A DNA stretch of 64,000 nt from Chitinophagales bacterium. GTDB taxonomy: Bacteria; Bacteroidota; Bacteroidia; Chitinophagales; Saprospiraceae. Position 1 is the stretch's first letter; every line of letters begins with the position of its first letter. The notes under the pieces are model-generated. The model saw only the letters and a program-made list of their open reading frames with translations, ran no database searches and was not told the origin of the DNA. The translations under genes and the position numbers were made by a program. The stretch lies in contig JBBQLD010000001.1 of assembly GCA_038327555.1 (NCBI GenBank), forward strand, positions 5,786-69,785, read 5' to 3'. Shown here one piece after another: positions 46,033-55,076 of this stretch.

Positions 46033-46509
46033 ATGTCAAAAGAGAAGAAGAAAGCGAAGATTGAGATTTTGAACCGTAAGGCGATTTACGAATTCCATTT
46101 TGTGCAGGAGTTCAACGCAGGAATTATGCTCACCGGAACCGAGGTTAAAAGTATCAGAGATGGCAACGCTAACCTTTCTGATGCGTATTGTATTTTTGAC
46201 CAGGGTGAACTCTGGATCCGAAATCTATATGTGGCTGAATATAAATATGGTACAGATGCAAATCACCTTCCTCGCCGAAACCGAAAACTGCTGCTCCGCC
46301 GCCCGGAAATGCGCAAGCTGGAACGCGGCATCAAGGAAAAAGGCTCAACCATTGTGCCCTTCAAAATCTTTTTCAGCGAACGTGGTTTTGCTAAATTGAC
46401 CATTTGTTTGGCCAGAGGTAAAAAGTCATTTGACAAACGCGAAACCATCAAAGACCGTGAAAATAAGCGCGAAATGGATCGGGTTAACAAAGCATATAAG
46501 GTGCGATAA
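46033..46509 (+). CDS. smpB: SsrA-binding protein
   Basis: ATG at 46033. NRKAIYEFHF...EAGIML-like TGTEVKSIR...NLYVAEYKYG...RRNRKLLL motifs, about 158 aa. Confidence 0.93.
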   Translation: MSKEKKKAKIEILNRKAIYEFHFVQEFNAGIMLTGTEVKSIRDGNANLSDAYCIFDQGELWIRNLYVAEYKYGTDANHLPRRNRKLLLRRPEMRKLERGIKEKGSTIVPFKIFFSERGFAKLTICLARGKKSFDKRETIKDRENKREMDRVNKAYKVR

Positions 46510-46616
46510 TATAGCTTCAATTTAAAAGGGGAAAGTTTCAAATTGGCTTGTTTAAACGCATTGCTTTTAACTTTAAAATCAATTACTTACAACTCAATAC
46601 TCCTCCATCCTAAATC

Positions 46617-48662
46617 ATGGCAACAAAAAAAACAAACAAAGCCTCATTCAAATTTGGAGGTGAAACTATCAATCTGAGTAAAAGTAAAACTCAGGTTGCC
46701 GTGCGTTATACTTCAGGAATGAAGCGTGCGACAAAACGAAAAAATGCTGCTGAACCCGAACATATACGGGATTTTGAACTCGTAAAATCAGCACGCGGCA
46801 TTGACCAGAAACTTGATGCTTTGCGGTTAAAACCGGAAATTTCGGTCGGCACGCACATTTGGATTGTAGATGGAGAAGACGATGCTCCATTCATCCCAAC
46901 AGGGTATCTTTATATTGAGTTCAAACCCGGAACCGCTTACGAAAAACAACAGGCCGCGTTGGAGGAACTGAACCTCAATGTGCGCCAAGTTGTAAGCTCA
47001 GAGGCCTATCGGGTTAGCACCACTCCAGATTCTCCTAATCCAGTGAAGTGTGCCATGTTGCTGCAAAAAAACCGCATTGTTAAAATCGCCGAGCCAGAGT
47101 TTTTGTCAAAACCAGTGGCTGGCGATGATTTTTCAGCACCCACAGGCAAGTTCATCAATAGCCAATGGCATCACGAAAATTCAGGGGGGCAGATTCCAAT
47201 CATTGATATTCCCAATGCAGTTTTTGGCACTCAACATTTCAAAAAAGGGGCAGATGCCAAAGTGCGAGCGGCCTGGGCAGAATTGCAAGGACTTGGATCA
47301 AAAGCGATTAAAATTGCTATTATTGATACCGGGTTCGATACTGACCACCCAGCGCTTCGTGGCGACGGCACCAAAATCCGCAATACTTTCAACGCCGCCA
47401 ATCGCAGTGCTGACGTATCGCCATGGTTTCAGGCATCCGATGGGACTTTTGGTGTTTTTAGCCACGGTACTTCCTGCGCTGCTGTAGCCGCAGGAGCCTG
47501 GGATGCGCAAGGCGTGCTCGGAGCCGCCCCAAACGCCCGTATTATCCCGATCAAACTGGATATCCTCTCTGACGATGCCATCCAAAAAGCATTTGAGCAT
47601 GCACTGTTGAATGGTGCAGATATCATTTCCTGTAGCATTGGTTTTCCTAAACCTGTTCCGCTTTCCACTTATGTCTCCAATTACATCAGTCGGGTTGTTC
47701 GGGAAGGTCGAAATGGTAAAGGCATACCAGTTTTTATTGCGGCAGGCAATGCTAATCCGGCTTCTAACAATTTGCCACGCCAGATTAGCGACTTCGCTGC
47801 CCACCCCGATTTGATGTGTATTACAGCTTCAAATAGCCTGGACGAATCTTCTAGTTATACCTTTTTTGGCACGAATGCCTTCCTTTGCGCGCCCACTAAT
47901 GGCAATGATGGTGTAGGGGTGACCACTGCAACGGTGAGTGCCAACGGCAATTCACTGGCACACGCTTATACCAGCCGATTTGGGGGTACATCAAGTGCTG
48001 CTCCACTCACAGCAGGCGTGTGTGCGTTAATGCTTTCTGCCAATCCAGACCTTACCTTAAATGAAATCAAAGATATTTTACGCCGCTCGGCAGACAAGAT
48101 TGGAAGCGGATATGACGGCAATGGCCGGTCACCAAAACTAGGGTTTGGCCGGCTCAATGCCCTTCGTGCGGTTAAGTTAGCCGCCGGAAAAGGTGGAAAT
48201 ACTGGAAGTGGACAGGGTTCAGATCCTAGTTCAGGTTCCGGAAGTGGAAACAGTGGCGGAGCAGGGCAACCAGCAACGCAGCGAGGCAAAGTGACCTCCA
48301 AATTCTTAAATGTTCGCACAGGACCAAGCACTTCGAACCCAAAAGTGGCAGAACTGCACCGAGGAGACATTGTGAACCTGTTGGAAAAATCAGGGAGATT
48401 CTGGAAAATTGGGCAAGGGCAATTTGTCAGTGCCGACTTTATTCAAGTAATTGCCTCCAATGGAGCCCCTGCACCAGTTATTAGGAAAGGGAAAGTAACC
48501 TCTACCTTCCTTAATGTACGAACCGGGCCAGCTACTACCAATGCCAAAGTCGGCGAATTAAAACAAGGGGCTCTGGTCAGTATATTCGAAACGAGTAGCA
48601 ATGGCTGGCACCGAATTGGCGATAGTCGATGGGTAATTGGGTCGAATATCTTGGAGGTGTAA
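46617..48662 (+). CDS. S8 (subtilisin-like) serine peptidase with two C-terminal SH3b-like domains
   Basis: 681 aa. Triad motifs IAIIDTGFDTDH (Asp), HGTSCAAVAAG (His) and GGTSSAAPLTAG (Ser). Gly/Ser linker, then duplicated GKVTS(K/T)FLNVRTGP...W modules. No N-terminal hydrophobic signal. Confidence 0.8.
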   Translation: MATKKTNKASFKFGGETINLSKSKTQVAVRYTSGMKRATKRKNAAEPEHIRDFELVKSARGIDQKLDALRLKPEISVGTHIWIVDGEDDAPFIPTGYLYIEFKPGTAYEKQQAALEELNLNVRQVVSSEAYRVSTTPDSPNPVKCAMLLQKNRIVKIAEPEFLSKPVAGDDFSAPTGKFINSQWHHENSGGQIPIIDIPNAVFGTQHFKKGADAKVRAAWAELQGLGSKAIKIAIIDTGFDTDHPALRGDGTKIRNTFNAANRSADVSPWFQASDGTFGVFSHGTSCAAVAAGAWDAQGVLGAAPNARIIPIKLDILSDDAIQKAFEHALLNGADIISCSIGFPKPVPLSTYVSNYISRVVREGRNGKGIPVFIAAGNANPASNNLPRQISDFAAHPDLMCITASNSLDESSSYTFFGTNAFLCAPTNGNDGVGVTTATVSANGNSLAHAYTSRFGGTSSAAPLTAGVCALMLSANPDLTLNEIKDILRRSADKIGSGYDGNGRSPKLGFGRLNALRAVKLAAGKGGNTGSGQGSDPSSGSGSGNSGGAGQPATQRGKVTSKFLNVRTGPSTSNPKVAELHRGDIVNLLEKSGRFWKIGQGQFVSADFIQVIASNGAPAPVIRKGKVTSTFLNVRTGPATTNAKVGELKQGALVSIFETSSNGWHRIGDSRWVIGSNILEV

Positions 48663-48664
48663 AT

Positions 48665-49594
48665 TTAAAGCCCAGTCTCCACCAAGTACCGCTCCGAATC
48701 CAATGCCGCCATACAACCCGTTCCAGCGGCTGTAACGGCTTGGCGATAGATTTTATCTTGGGCATCGCCAGAAGCAAAAACTCCAGGGATATTGGTGAAC
48801 GTGCGACCAGGTACAGCCTTGATATAGCCCGTCTCATCGAGTTCAAGCCAGCCCTTGAAAATATCCGTATTTGGATTGTGGCCAATGGCTACAAAGAAAC
48901 CGGTAACCTCCAAAGTACTGAGCTCGCCTGTTTTGTTGTTCCGAAGCCGAACGCCAGTTACACCATCATCTCCGAGAACTTCTTCCGGGGAGGTATTCCA
49001 GTGCACAATCAGGTTAGGGGTATTTAATACGCGTTCTTGCATGATTTTAGAAGCGCGCATTTCGTCTCGACGTACAATCAGATGTACTTCTGAGCAGATT
49101 TTGGCTAGATAAGTGCTTTCTTCTGCAGCGGTATCCCCGCCACCTACGATGGCGACTTTTTGCTTGCGGAAGAAAAACCCGTCGCAAACAGCACAGGCTG
49201 AAACCCCTTTGTTTTCCAACTCATGCTCCCCAGGAATGCCTAGCCATTTAGCACTAGCTCCAGTTGCGATGATGATGGTTGATGCATGAATTTCGGTTCC
49301 CCCTTCGCTCCAGGCTTTATGTATTGGCCCGGTGAAATCCACCTTCACAATCATTTCGTTTCGAATCACCGTATCAAAACGTTCGGCTTGTTTGCGGAAA
49401 TCTTCCATCATTTCAGGTCCGTTTCGACCCTCATGATAGCCAGGGTAGTTTTCAACATCGTTGGTGATCATGAGTTGCCCACCAGGCTGAGGGCCAGTGT
49501 AGAGCATGGGATTGAGGCCAGCGCGAGCGGCGTATATGGCTGCTGAGTAACCCGCGGGACCAGAGCCAATAATGAGGCATTTTACTTTTTCCAT
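48665..49594 (-). CDS. trxB: thioredoxin-disulfide reductase
   Basis: Internal ATG (complement 49592-49594) gives MEKVKCLIIGSGPAGYSAAIYAARAG. Has the redox CAVC motif, GGGDTAAEE, and the GVFASGD FAD motif. Confidence 0.95.
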   Translation of the reverse strand: MEKVKCLIIGSGPAGYSAAIYAARAGLNPMLYTGPQPGGQLMITNDVENYPGYHEGRNGPEMMEDFRKQAERFDTVIRNEMIVKVDFTGPIHKAWSEGGTEIHASTIIIATGASAKWLGIPGEHELENKGVSACAVCDGFFFRKQKVAIVGGGDTAAEESTYLAKICSEVHLIVRRDEMRASKIMQERVLNTPNLIVHWNTSPEEVLGDDGVTGVRLRNNKTGELSTLEVTGFFVAIGHNPNTDIFKGWLELDETGYIKAVPGRTFTNIPGVFASGDAQDKIYRQAVTAAGTGCMAALDSERYLVETGL

Positions 49595-49736
49595 AATTGG
49601 GTGCAAATGTAACAAGCCAAAACATGAAAAATGCAAAAGGGTTTGCCGAAGCTTTATTTGTCGCTGATTTGTCCTTAAGAGGACTTTCCAACACGACTAA
49701 TTCTACTTTGTCAGATTAGCCGGAGCGTCCCGCAGC

Positions 49737-50264
49737 TTACTCTTTGCCTCCTTCGCCCACAAAATAATCCTCTTTATTTTTGAACAAGACATTAAAAGTA
49801 GTCATGCTTCCATAGCAACGGGTAATGTATTGCTGGAGATTTACTTTGTCTTCGTCGTCGAGTTTTTTGTGGGCATTAATTCCCTGCTCGAGTACCCGTA
49901 AACGGTCGCGCATCATCACAATTTTGTGGAAAAAAGCGTCAATAGGCACTTCTTTTGGTTGGATTCCATCGGCTTGCAAGATCATTTTGCCGTTTTTCCA
50001 GCGTTCACCCAGCGGCACGATTTCGAGACCGAAACCAGACCAAGCCTTCAAAATGCGTACAAGTGATTGCTCTGCTTCGGTAAATGATACCGCTTCTTCT
50101 GGCGTGACACGTTCTATCACTTGCCAGCTGGCGTAGTCTTTGCCGACCATTTTGAGCCCAAATTGCATAAAGCAAACTTCGTAAGCCGCCACATGTAGGC
50201 GGACAACTGCCCCATCGCCATAAGCGGGGTGTTTGACGCGAGAACCGATACCGAGGAGTTCCAT
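49737..50264 (-). CDS. hypothetical protein
   Basis: ORF 49737..50303. The ATG at complement 50262-50264 (MELLGIGSRVKHP...) is the likelier start. No recognisable domain. Divergent from holB. Confidence 0.45.
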   Translation of the reverse strand: MELLGIGSRVKHPAYGDGAVVRLHVAAYEVCFMQFGLKMVGKDYASWQVIERVTPEEAVSFTEAEQSLVRILKAWSGFGLEIVPLGERWKNGKMILQADGIQPKEVPIDAFFHKIVMMRDRLRVLEQGINAHKKLDDEDKVNLQQYITRCYGSMTTFNVLFKNKEDYFVGEGGKE

Positions 50265-50504
50265 AATTTTTGATTTAGTACTAAGGCTCTTGTACAAGCC
50301 CATTGTCTCAAGGTGAGTATTTTAGCACGTTGAACAAGCGTGTAAAAAATATTGGGCAAACTTACGGTGAGTCCGCTTTTTCCAAGCAGTTTTTTGTCAA
50401 ATCAACATAAAGTAAGACCTTATCTTGTGCCTCCGTTTAAGAAGGAGCTGAAGCAGACCATTACTTTAAGAAGCAAGTTATTGTTCCATGGGTTTCCCAA
50501 AATT

Positions 50505-51686
50505 ATGCAAGAATTAATAGGCCAACAACGCACAAAAGATTTTCTGGCATCCCTGGCCTCAAGCGAGCGCGTGCCACATGCCTTGCTTTTCCTTTCTCCA
50601 ACAGGCGTAGGCGGGCTTGCGCTGGCCACGACATTTGCGCAATTGCTCCAGTGCGAACAATTTAAAAGTGGCCCAGAAGCGGAATCGGGAGGGCTATTCG
50701 AGGAAGACCCATCACCCATCACTAACCATCAAGCAGCCAAATTCCAACCCTGTGGCGAGTGTTCCGCTTGCCGAAAGGCTTCCCATTTTGCCCATCCAGA
50801 CATCCACTTTTCATTCCCAGCCGTAGGAACCAATGTTGTCAGCACCGATTTTTTAAAAGAGTGGCGTTTGTTTTTATCCGAAACACCTTACGCAGATGTC
50901 AACACATGGCTTCAGCGGCTTGGCGCAGATAATAAACAGGGAAATATCAACAAGGAAGAATGCAACGCCATCCTAAAAAAACTCAGCTTAAAAGCCTTTG
51001 AGGGTCGCTACAAAATCTTGGTGATGTGGCTGCCTGAATACCTTGGCAAGGAAGGAAACCGGCTACTTAAACTGATTGAAGAGCCACCAGACCAAACTAT
51101 TTTTTTGCTTATAGCCGAAAACCAGGATCTCATCCTGAATACTATCCTCTCCCGTTGCCAATTGGTAAAACTGGATCCACTCTCAGATGAAGAAGTCGCC
51201 CTGGGCTTGGTTCGACAACGCGGAATCGGCCTTGATCGAGCCAGGCAAATAGCTTTTCTCAGTGGCGGCGATTATGGCGCTGCCCTGACAGCAGCGGACG
51301 CACCGGTCACAGATGATGCACAACTTCTGCTGGATTGGCTACGCAAATGTTGGCGTGGAAATGCGGTGGAAATGGTGCGCTGGACCGAAGAATTTGCCAA
51401 ATTAGGTCGTGAAAACCAAAAGCAGTTTCTGCACTATGGGCTGCACTTTTTGCGCGAAATGCTATCCTTGGTCAGTACAGGAAGTGTAACTATGCGTCTT
51501 CGCCCAGAAGAACTTGCAACAGCCCAAAATATGGCTAAAGTGCTTGATTTTGAAAAGATTGCACAAATTGTTGGACTGCTGAACGACAATATTTTTTACA
51601 TAGAGCGGAACGCCAACCCAAAAATTCTTTTCTTGGATACCTCTATTAAGATGCACCAAATTATGAAAGCCCAAACCAATTCTTGA
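50505..51686 (+). CDS. holB: DNA polymerase III subunit delta-prime
   Basis: ATG at 50505 gives MQELIGQQRTKDFLASLASSERVPHALLFLSPTGVGGLALA. Has a Cys-cluster zinc module (CGECSACRK), LLKLIEEPP, and SRCQ (sensor) motifs. Confidence 0.8.
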   Translation: MQELIGQQRTKDFLASLASSERVPHALLFLSPTGVGGLALATTFAQLLQCEQFKSGPEAESGGLFEEDPSPITNHQAAKFQPCGECSACRKASHFAHPDIHFSFPAVGTNVVSTDFLKEWRLFLSETPYADVNTWLQRLGADNKQGNINKEECNAILKKLSLKAFEGRYKILVMWLPEYLGKEGNRLLKLIEEPPDQTIFLLIAENQDLILNTILSRCQLVKLDPLSDEEVALGLVRQRGIGLDRARQIAFLSGGDYGAALTAADAPVTDDAQLLLDWLRKCWRGNAVEMVRWTEEFAKLGRENQKQFLHYGLHFLREMLSLVSTGSVTMRLRPEELATAQNMAKVLDFEKIAQIVGLLNDNIFYIERNANPKILFLDTSIKMHQIMKAQTNS

Positions 51687-51689
51687 ACG

Positions 51690-51956
51690 ATGGAATCGAA
51701 CAGTTTTTCTTGGAAAAAACTTGCCCTTGTGCTAGGGCTTACCCTACTCGTCGGGATAGGAGAATACGCCGTGGCTTACCAATTCAACGACGGCAAAATC
51801 ACCCAAAAAGTAATTGGTATGGTCTTTCTTGGTATGGCCCTCCCAAGTGTGTTTATCGGGGGCGTACTGCGGATGTTCAAACCTAGTCTGCAGCGTTATT
51901 TTGGCATTATGATTGGAATCTGCCTGACTATTGGGCTACTTTTAATCCTATCATGA
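51690..51956 (+). CDS. small membrane protein (3 predicted TM helices)
   Basis: 88-aa ORF with three hydrophobic segments, starting 4 nt after the holB stop. Confidence 0.4.
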   Translation: MESNSFSWKKLALVLGLTLLVGIGEYAVAYQFNDGKITQKVIGMVFLGMALPSVFIGGVLRMFKPSLQRYFGIMIGICLTIGLLLILS

Positions 51957-52211
51957 GCCCAAAACGAGGCCATACTTTTTGGAAGAAATGAGAACTTTTT
52001 TAAAATCTAAAAAATCTGGATTAAGCATTGCTACTTTTGCTGTTACAGAACAACGTTATCATTCTAAATAAGCGGTGTTCCTAAATCCAAAATCAAGCGC
52101 AAGCCTTTTATGGCCGAGCGCAAAAAGTCAAACCAATCTCGTATCAAACGAGGTAGCAAAAACTACAGTGGCGGTTTTACAAGTTAAGTAAAACCACTGC
52201 TTCTAAATATT

Positions 52212-53612
52212 ATGGGATGTACCGGATGCTCCTGCTCTACAGGAAAAGATAGCACAAAAGGCTGCAAATCAAATGGCGGCTGTTCAACAGGCGGCTGTAA
52301 CCGCCACAATACATACGACTGGATAACAGCACAAGGAATCGCGGATCCGCGACCTTTCGATGCTGTAGAGGTCAGTTTCAAAAACGGCTCACGCAAAGAG
52401 TTTTTCAAAAATCCGCAGCAGGCCCGCGCAACTACAGGTGATTGGGTCGTGGTAGAAGCCACCGGCGGCGGCTTCGATGTCGGCACGGTTACGCTTACAG
52501 GCGAACTTGTGCGTATGCAAATGAAACGAAAACGTGTTCGTCAAGACACTCGGCTCGGACAGGTGGTTCGTGTAGCGCACGAGCGAGATCTTGAACGTTT
52601 AGACGAGGTACGCAAAGAAGAACGCGATATTCTTATTCATGCCCGCGCCATTGCCCGATCACTGGATTTGAACATGAAAATTGGCGATGTCGAATTTCAG
52701 GGCGATGGGCGTAAATGCACGTTTTTCTATACGGCAGATGGCCGTGTAGACTTTCGCGAACTTATCCGCCATTATGCCCGCGATTTCAAAGTAAAGGTGG
52801 AAATGCGGCAAATTGGCGCTCGGCAAGAATCTGCCCGTATTGGCGGTCTGGGCAATTGTGGCCGCGAACTTTGTTGCTCCACCTGGCTTACAGAGTTTAA
52901 AAGTGTAAACACCACCGCCGCCCGCTATCAGAACCTCGCGATTAATCAGACCAAGCTTTCCGGCATGTGTGGCCGCTTAAAATGTTGCCTCAACTATGAG
53001 CTGGACACGTACATTGATGCACTTGAAGATTTTCCTGATCGTGCTGAGCGACTGAAAACCAATGCAGGTTTGGCTATTTTGATTAAAACAGACGTGTTCA
53101 AACGGCTGATGTTTTATACTTATGCCGAAGATCGGGGCAAATTTTACCCCATCCATGTAGACCAAATTTGGGAAGCGCTTGACTTAATTAAATCGGGTAA
53201 ACTTCCTGGCAGCTTGGATGAGATTCTCGCGATGGCGCCCACGGTGGAAGCGGATGAACCCGAAGAGGCAGAACCGGATTTCGAAAATGTGCATGACGTT
53301 ATTCAACTGCCTATGGAGAAACGGAACAAGCGGAAAAAGAGTCGGAATAAAAACCGCGACCGTTCTGAATCTGCTGCGGCAGCAGTTGAAAAAGCTTCGC
53401 AAAATGATATGACTCAAGGTAGACGCCAGGACCAAGCCCCAAGGCGTCATGATCGGCCTCAACAAGGCGGGAACCCTCAAAGTCGACCAGAACAACGACA
53501 GGGCGATCGTCCAAAACAGGAAAACCGGCCATCAAACCAGAATAAAAACCAGGGGCCGGGTGGAAGCAGTAACCCCAAAACAGATCAGGGTGGGGATAAA
53601 CGGGATAAATAA
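52212..53612 (+). CDS. PSP1/RicT (YaaT)-like protein with Cys-rich N-terminus and basic disordered tail
   Basis: 466 aa. PSP1 core (IGARQESARIGGLGNCGRELCCSTWL...GMCGRLKCCLNYE). N-terminal MGCTGCSCSTGKDSTKGCKSNGGCSTGGC. About 100-aa R/Q/K/P-rich C-terminus. Confidence 0.8.
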   Translation: MGCTGCSCSTGKDSTKGCKSNGGCSTGGCNRHNTYDWITAQGIADPRPFDAVEVSFKNGSRKEFFKNPQQARATTGDWVVVEATGGGFDVGTVTLTGELVRMQMKRKRVRQDTRLGQVVRVAHERDLERLDEVRKEERDILIHARAIARSLDLNMKIGDVEFQGDGRKCTFFYTADGRVDFRELIRHYARDFKVKVEMRQIGARQESARIGGLGNCGRELCCSTWLTEFKSVNTTAARYQNLAINQTKLSGMCGRLKCCLNYELDTYIDALEDFPDRAERLKTNAGLAILIKTDVFKRLMFYTYAEDRGKFYPIHVDQIWEALDLIKSGKLPGSLDEILAMAPTVEADEPEEAEPDFENVHDVIQLPMEKRNKRKKSRNKNRDRSESAAAAVEKASQNDMTQGRRQDQAPRRHDRPQQGGNPQSRPEQRQGDRPKQENRPSNQNKNQGPGGSSNPKTDQGGDKRDK

Positions 53613-53646
53613 ACCTGGGTTGATCTTGAAGTTTGAACTTTAAACC

Positions 53647-54111
53647 ATGTACAAGTTATATTTTATCGCACTTTTAGCGATTTTTTACCTTTTTTCTTGC
53701 CAAAACCAGCCTGCTCCCAAAATGACGGGGCTGGCGGGTAGTCTGCAAGATTCTTCTATCATACGTATTTGGCCACTCGAACTGGATTCGCTTAAAAAGA
53801 TATATCCCAATATCCCAATCATAGATGTACGCACTGAAATGCAGTTCCGAACCAGTCATATTTTTCGTTCCATGAATTGTTCAGTGGATGCTCCAGACTT
53901 TTCGCAACGGATTAGGAGACTGGGTGTTGAAAACCCGGTTATTGTATACGATGAAGACAGCTCGCTTAGTCTAATCGCTGCTCAAAAAATGACTAAACTC
54001 GGATTCAAAAGAGTCTATGAATTAGCTGGAGGCATTTTTAGCTGGGCTAGAGTAGGCAAGACCTTGGTAACAGGGACAAGTAATATTGATTCGTCTACGA
54101 TTTTGAAATAA
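53647..54111 (+). CDS. rhodanese-homology domain lipoprotein lacking the catalytic Cys
   Basis: 154 aa with lipobox LFSC. The rhodanese layout (IIDVRT...F..SHI..S.N) has the active-site loop VIVYDEDSSLS (Asp where Cys is expected), then ELAGGIFSW. Confidence 0.65.
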   Translation: MYKLYFIALLAIFYLFSCQNQPAPKMTGLAGSLQDSSIIRIWPLELDSLKKIYPNIPIIDVRTEMQFRTSHIFRSMNCSVDAPDFSQRIRRLGVENPVIVYDEDSSLSLIAAQKMTKLGFKRVYELAGGIFSWARVGKTLVTGTSNIDSSTILK

Positions 54112-54142
54112 ACTCGTATTTGCCTTTGTTAGCTTGGGCACC

Positions 54143-54210
54143 CACCTTCGCCTAGGCTACGGCGGGTAAAACGAGTAAACCCTCCTTCGCCGAGGCTACG
54201 GCGGGTAAAA
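54143..54210 (+). repeat. two direct copies of a ~29-bp element (CCTTCGCC-N-AGGCTACGGCGGGTAAAA)
   Basis: Copies at 54143-54171 and 54182-54210, 39 bp apart. The last base of the second copy is the A of the DUF58 ATG start codon. Confidence 0.85.
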
Positions 54211-55076
54211 TGGAAGAATTGATCAAGAAAGTACGCAAAATCGAGATCAAAACCCGTGGACTAACGCGTAATCTATTCACTGGAGGGTATCACAGCGCGT
54301 TCAAAGGACGAGGAATGTCTTTCAGTGAGGTAAGGCAATATCAGTTTGGTGATGACGTGCGCGACATTGACTGGAATGTGACTGCCCGAACTGGAGATCC
54401 TCACATTAAAGTATATGAAGAGGAGCGAGAATTGACAGTAATGCTGCTTGTGGATGTAAGCGGCTCTTCCTTTTTTGGTACAAGTGGGCAGTGGAAACAA
54501 GAGCTGCTCACTGAAATCTGCGCGCTGCTGGCATTCAGTGCCGATTCGAACAACGACAAGGTTGGCTTACTGATTTTTTCCAATCAGCCCGAACTTTATA
54601 TCGCCCCCAAAAAAGGCAGGCAACATACGCTTCGCATTATACGAGAATTGCTCAATGTGCAACCGAATGAGCGAGGTACGGATCTTTCTGCGGCGATTCA
54701 ATTTACGCGTAATGTATTGAAAAAGAAGAGTGTATGCTTCATTCTCTCTGATTTTTTGGCAACAGGATATGATGTTCTACTGCGAACACTTGCCCGTCGA
54801 CATGATTGTGTTGGTGTTCATTGCTGGGATGAGCGCGAACGAGATTTGCCCGACATAGGACTTCTCCGAACTCGTGGAGCAGAGTCTGGAGCACAAGCTT
54901 GGCTGGATACGACCGACCCTCAACTCCGTCGCGCTTACACCCAACGATTTGATGAAAACCTTGCGTATGCTATTGCAGCATTTCGGCGGGCAGGAGCAGA
55001 CTTTTTGAGCCTCCAAACCGCGGAACCCTATGCTTCAGCACTATTGCATTTTTTTGAAAAACGGGCAAAAAAATGA
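54210..55076 (+). CDS. DUF58 domain protein (Bat/aerotolerance operon type)
   Basis: 288 aa. FKGRGMSFSEVRQYQFGDDVRDIDWNVTAR...YEEERE...LVDVSGS motifs. Confidence 0.8.
   Translation: MEELIKKVRKIEIKTRGLTRNLFTGGYHSAFKGRGMSFSEVRQYQFGDDVRDIDWNVTARTGDPHIKVYEEERELTVMLLVDVSGSSFFGTSGQWKQELLTEICALLAFSADSNNDKVGLLIFSNQPELYIAPKKGRQHTLRIIRELLNVQPNERGTDLSAAIQFTRNVLKKKSVCFILSDFLATGYDVLLRTLARRHDCVGVHCWDERERDLPDIGLLRTRGAESGAQAWLDTTDPQLRRAYTQRFDENLAYAIAAFRRAGADFLSLQTAEPYASALLHFFEKRAKK

Noticed and set aside
46510-46616. Expected ssrA (tmRNA) next to smpB.
   Set aside because: The spacer is only ~107 bp and shows no tRNA-like acceptor or T-arm sequence. ssrA is presumably elsewhere.
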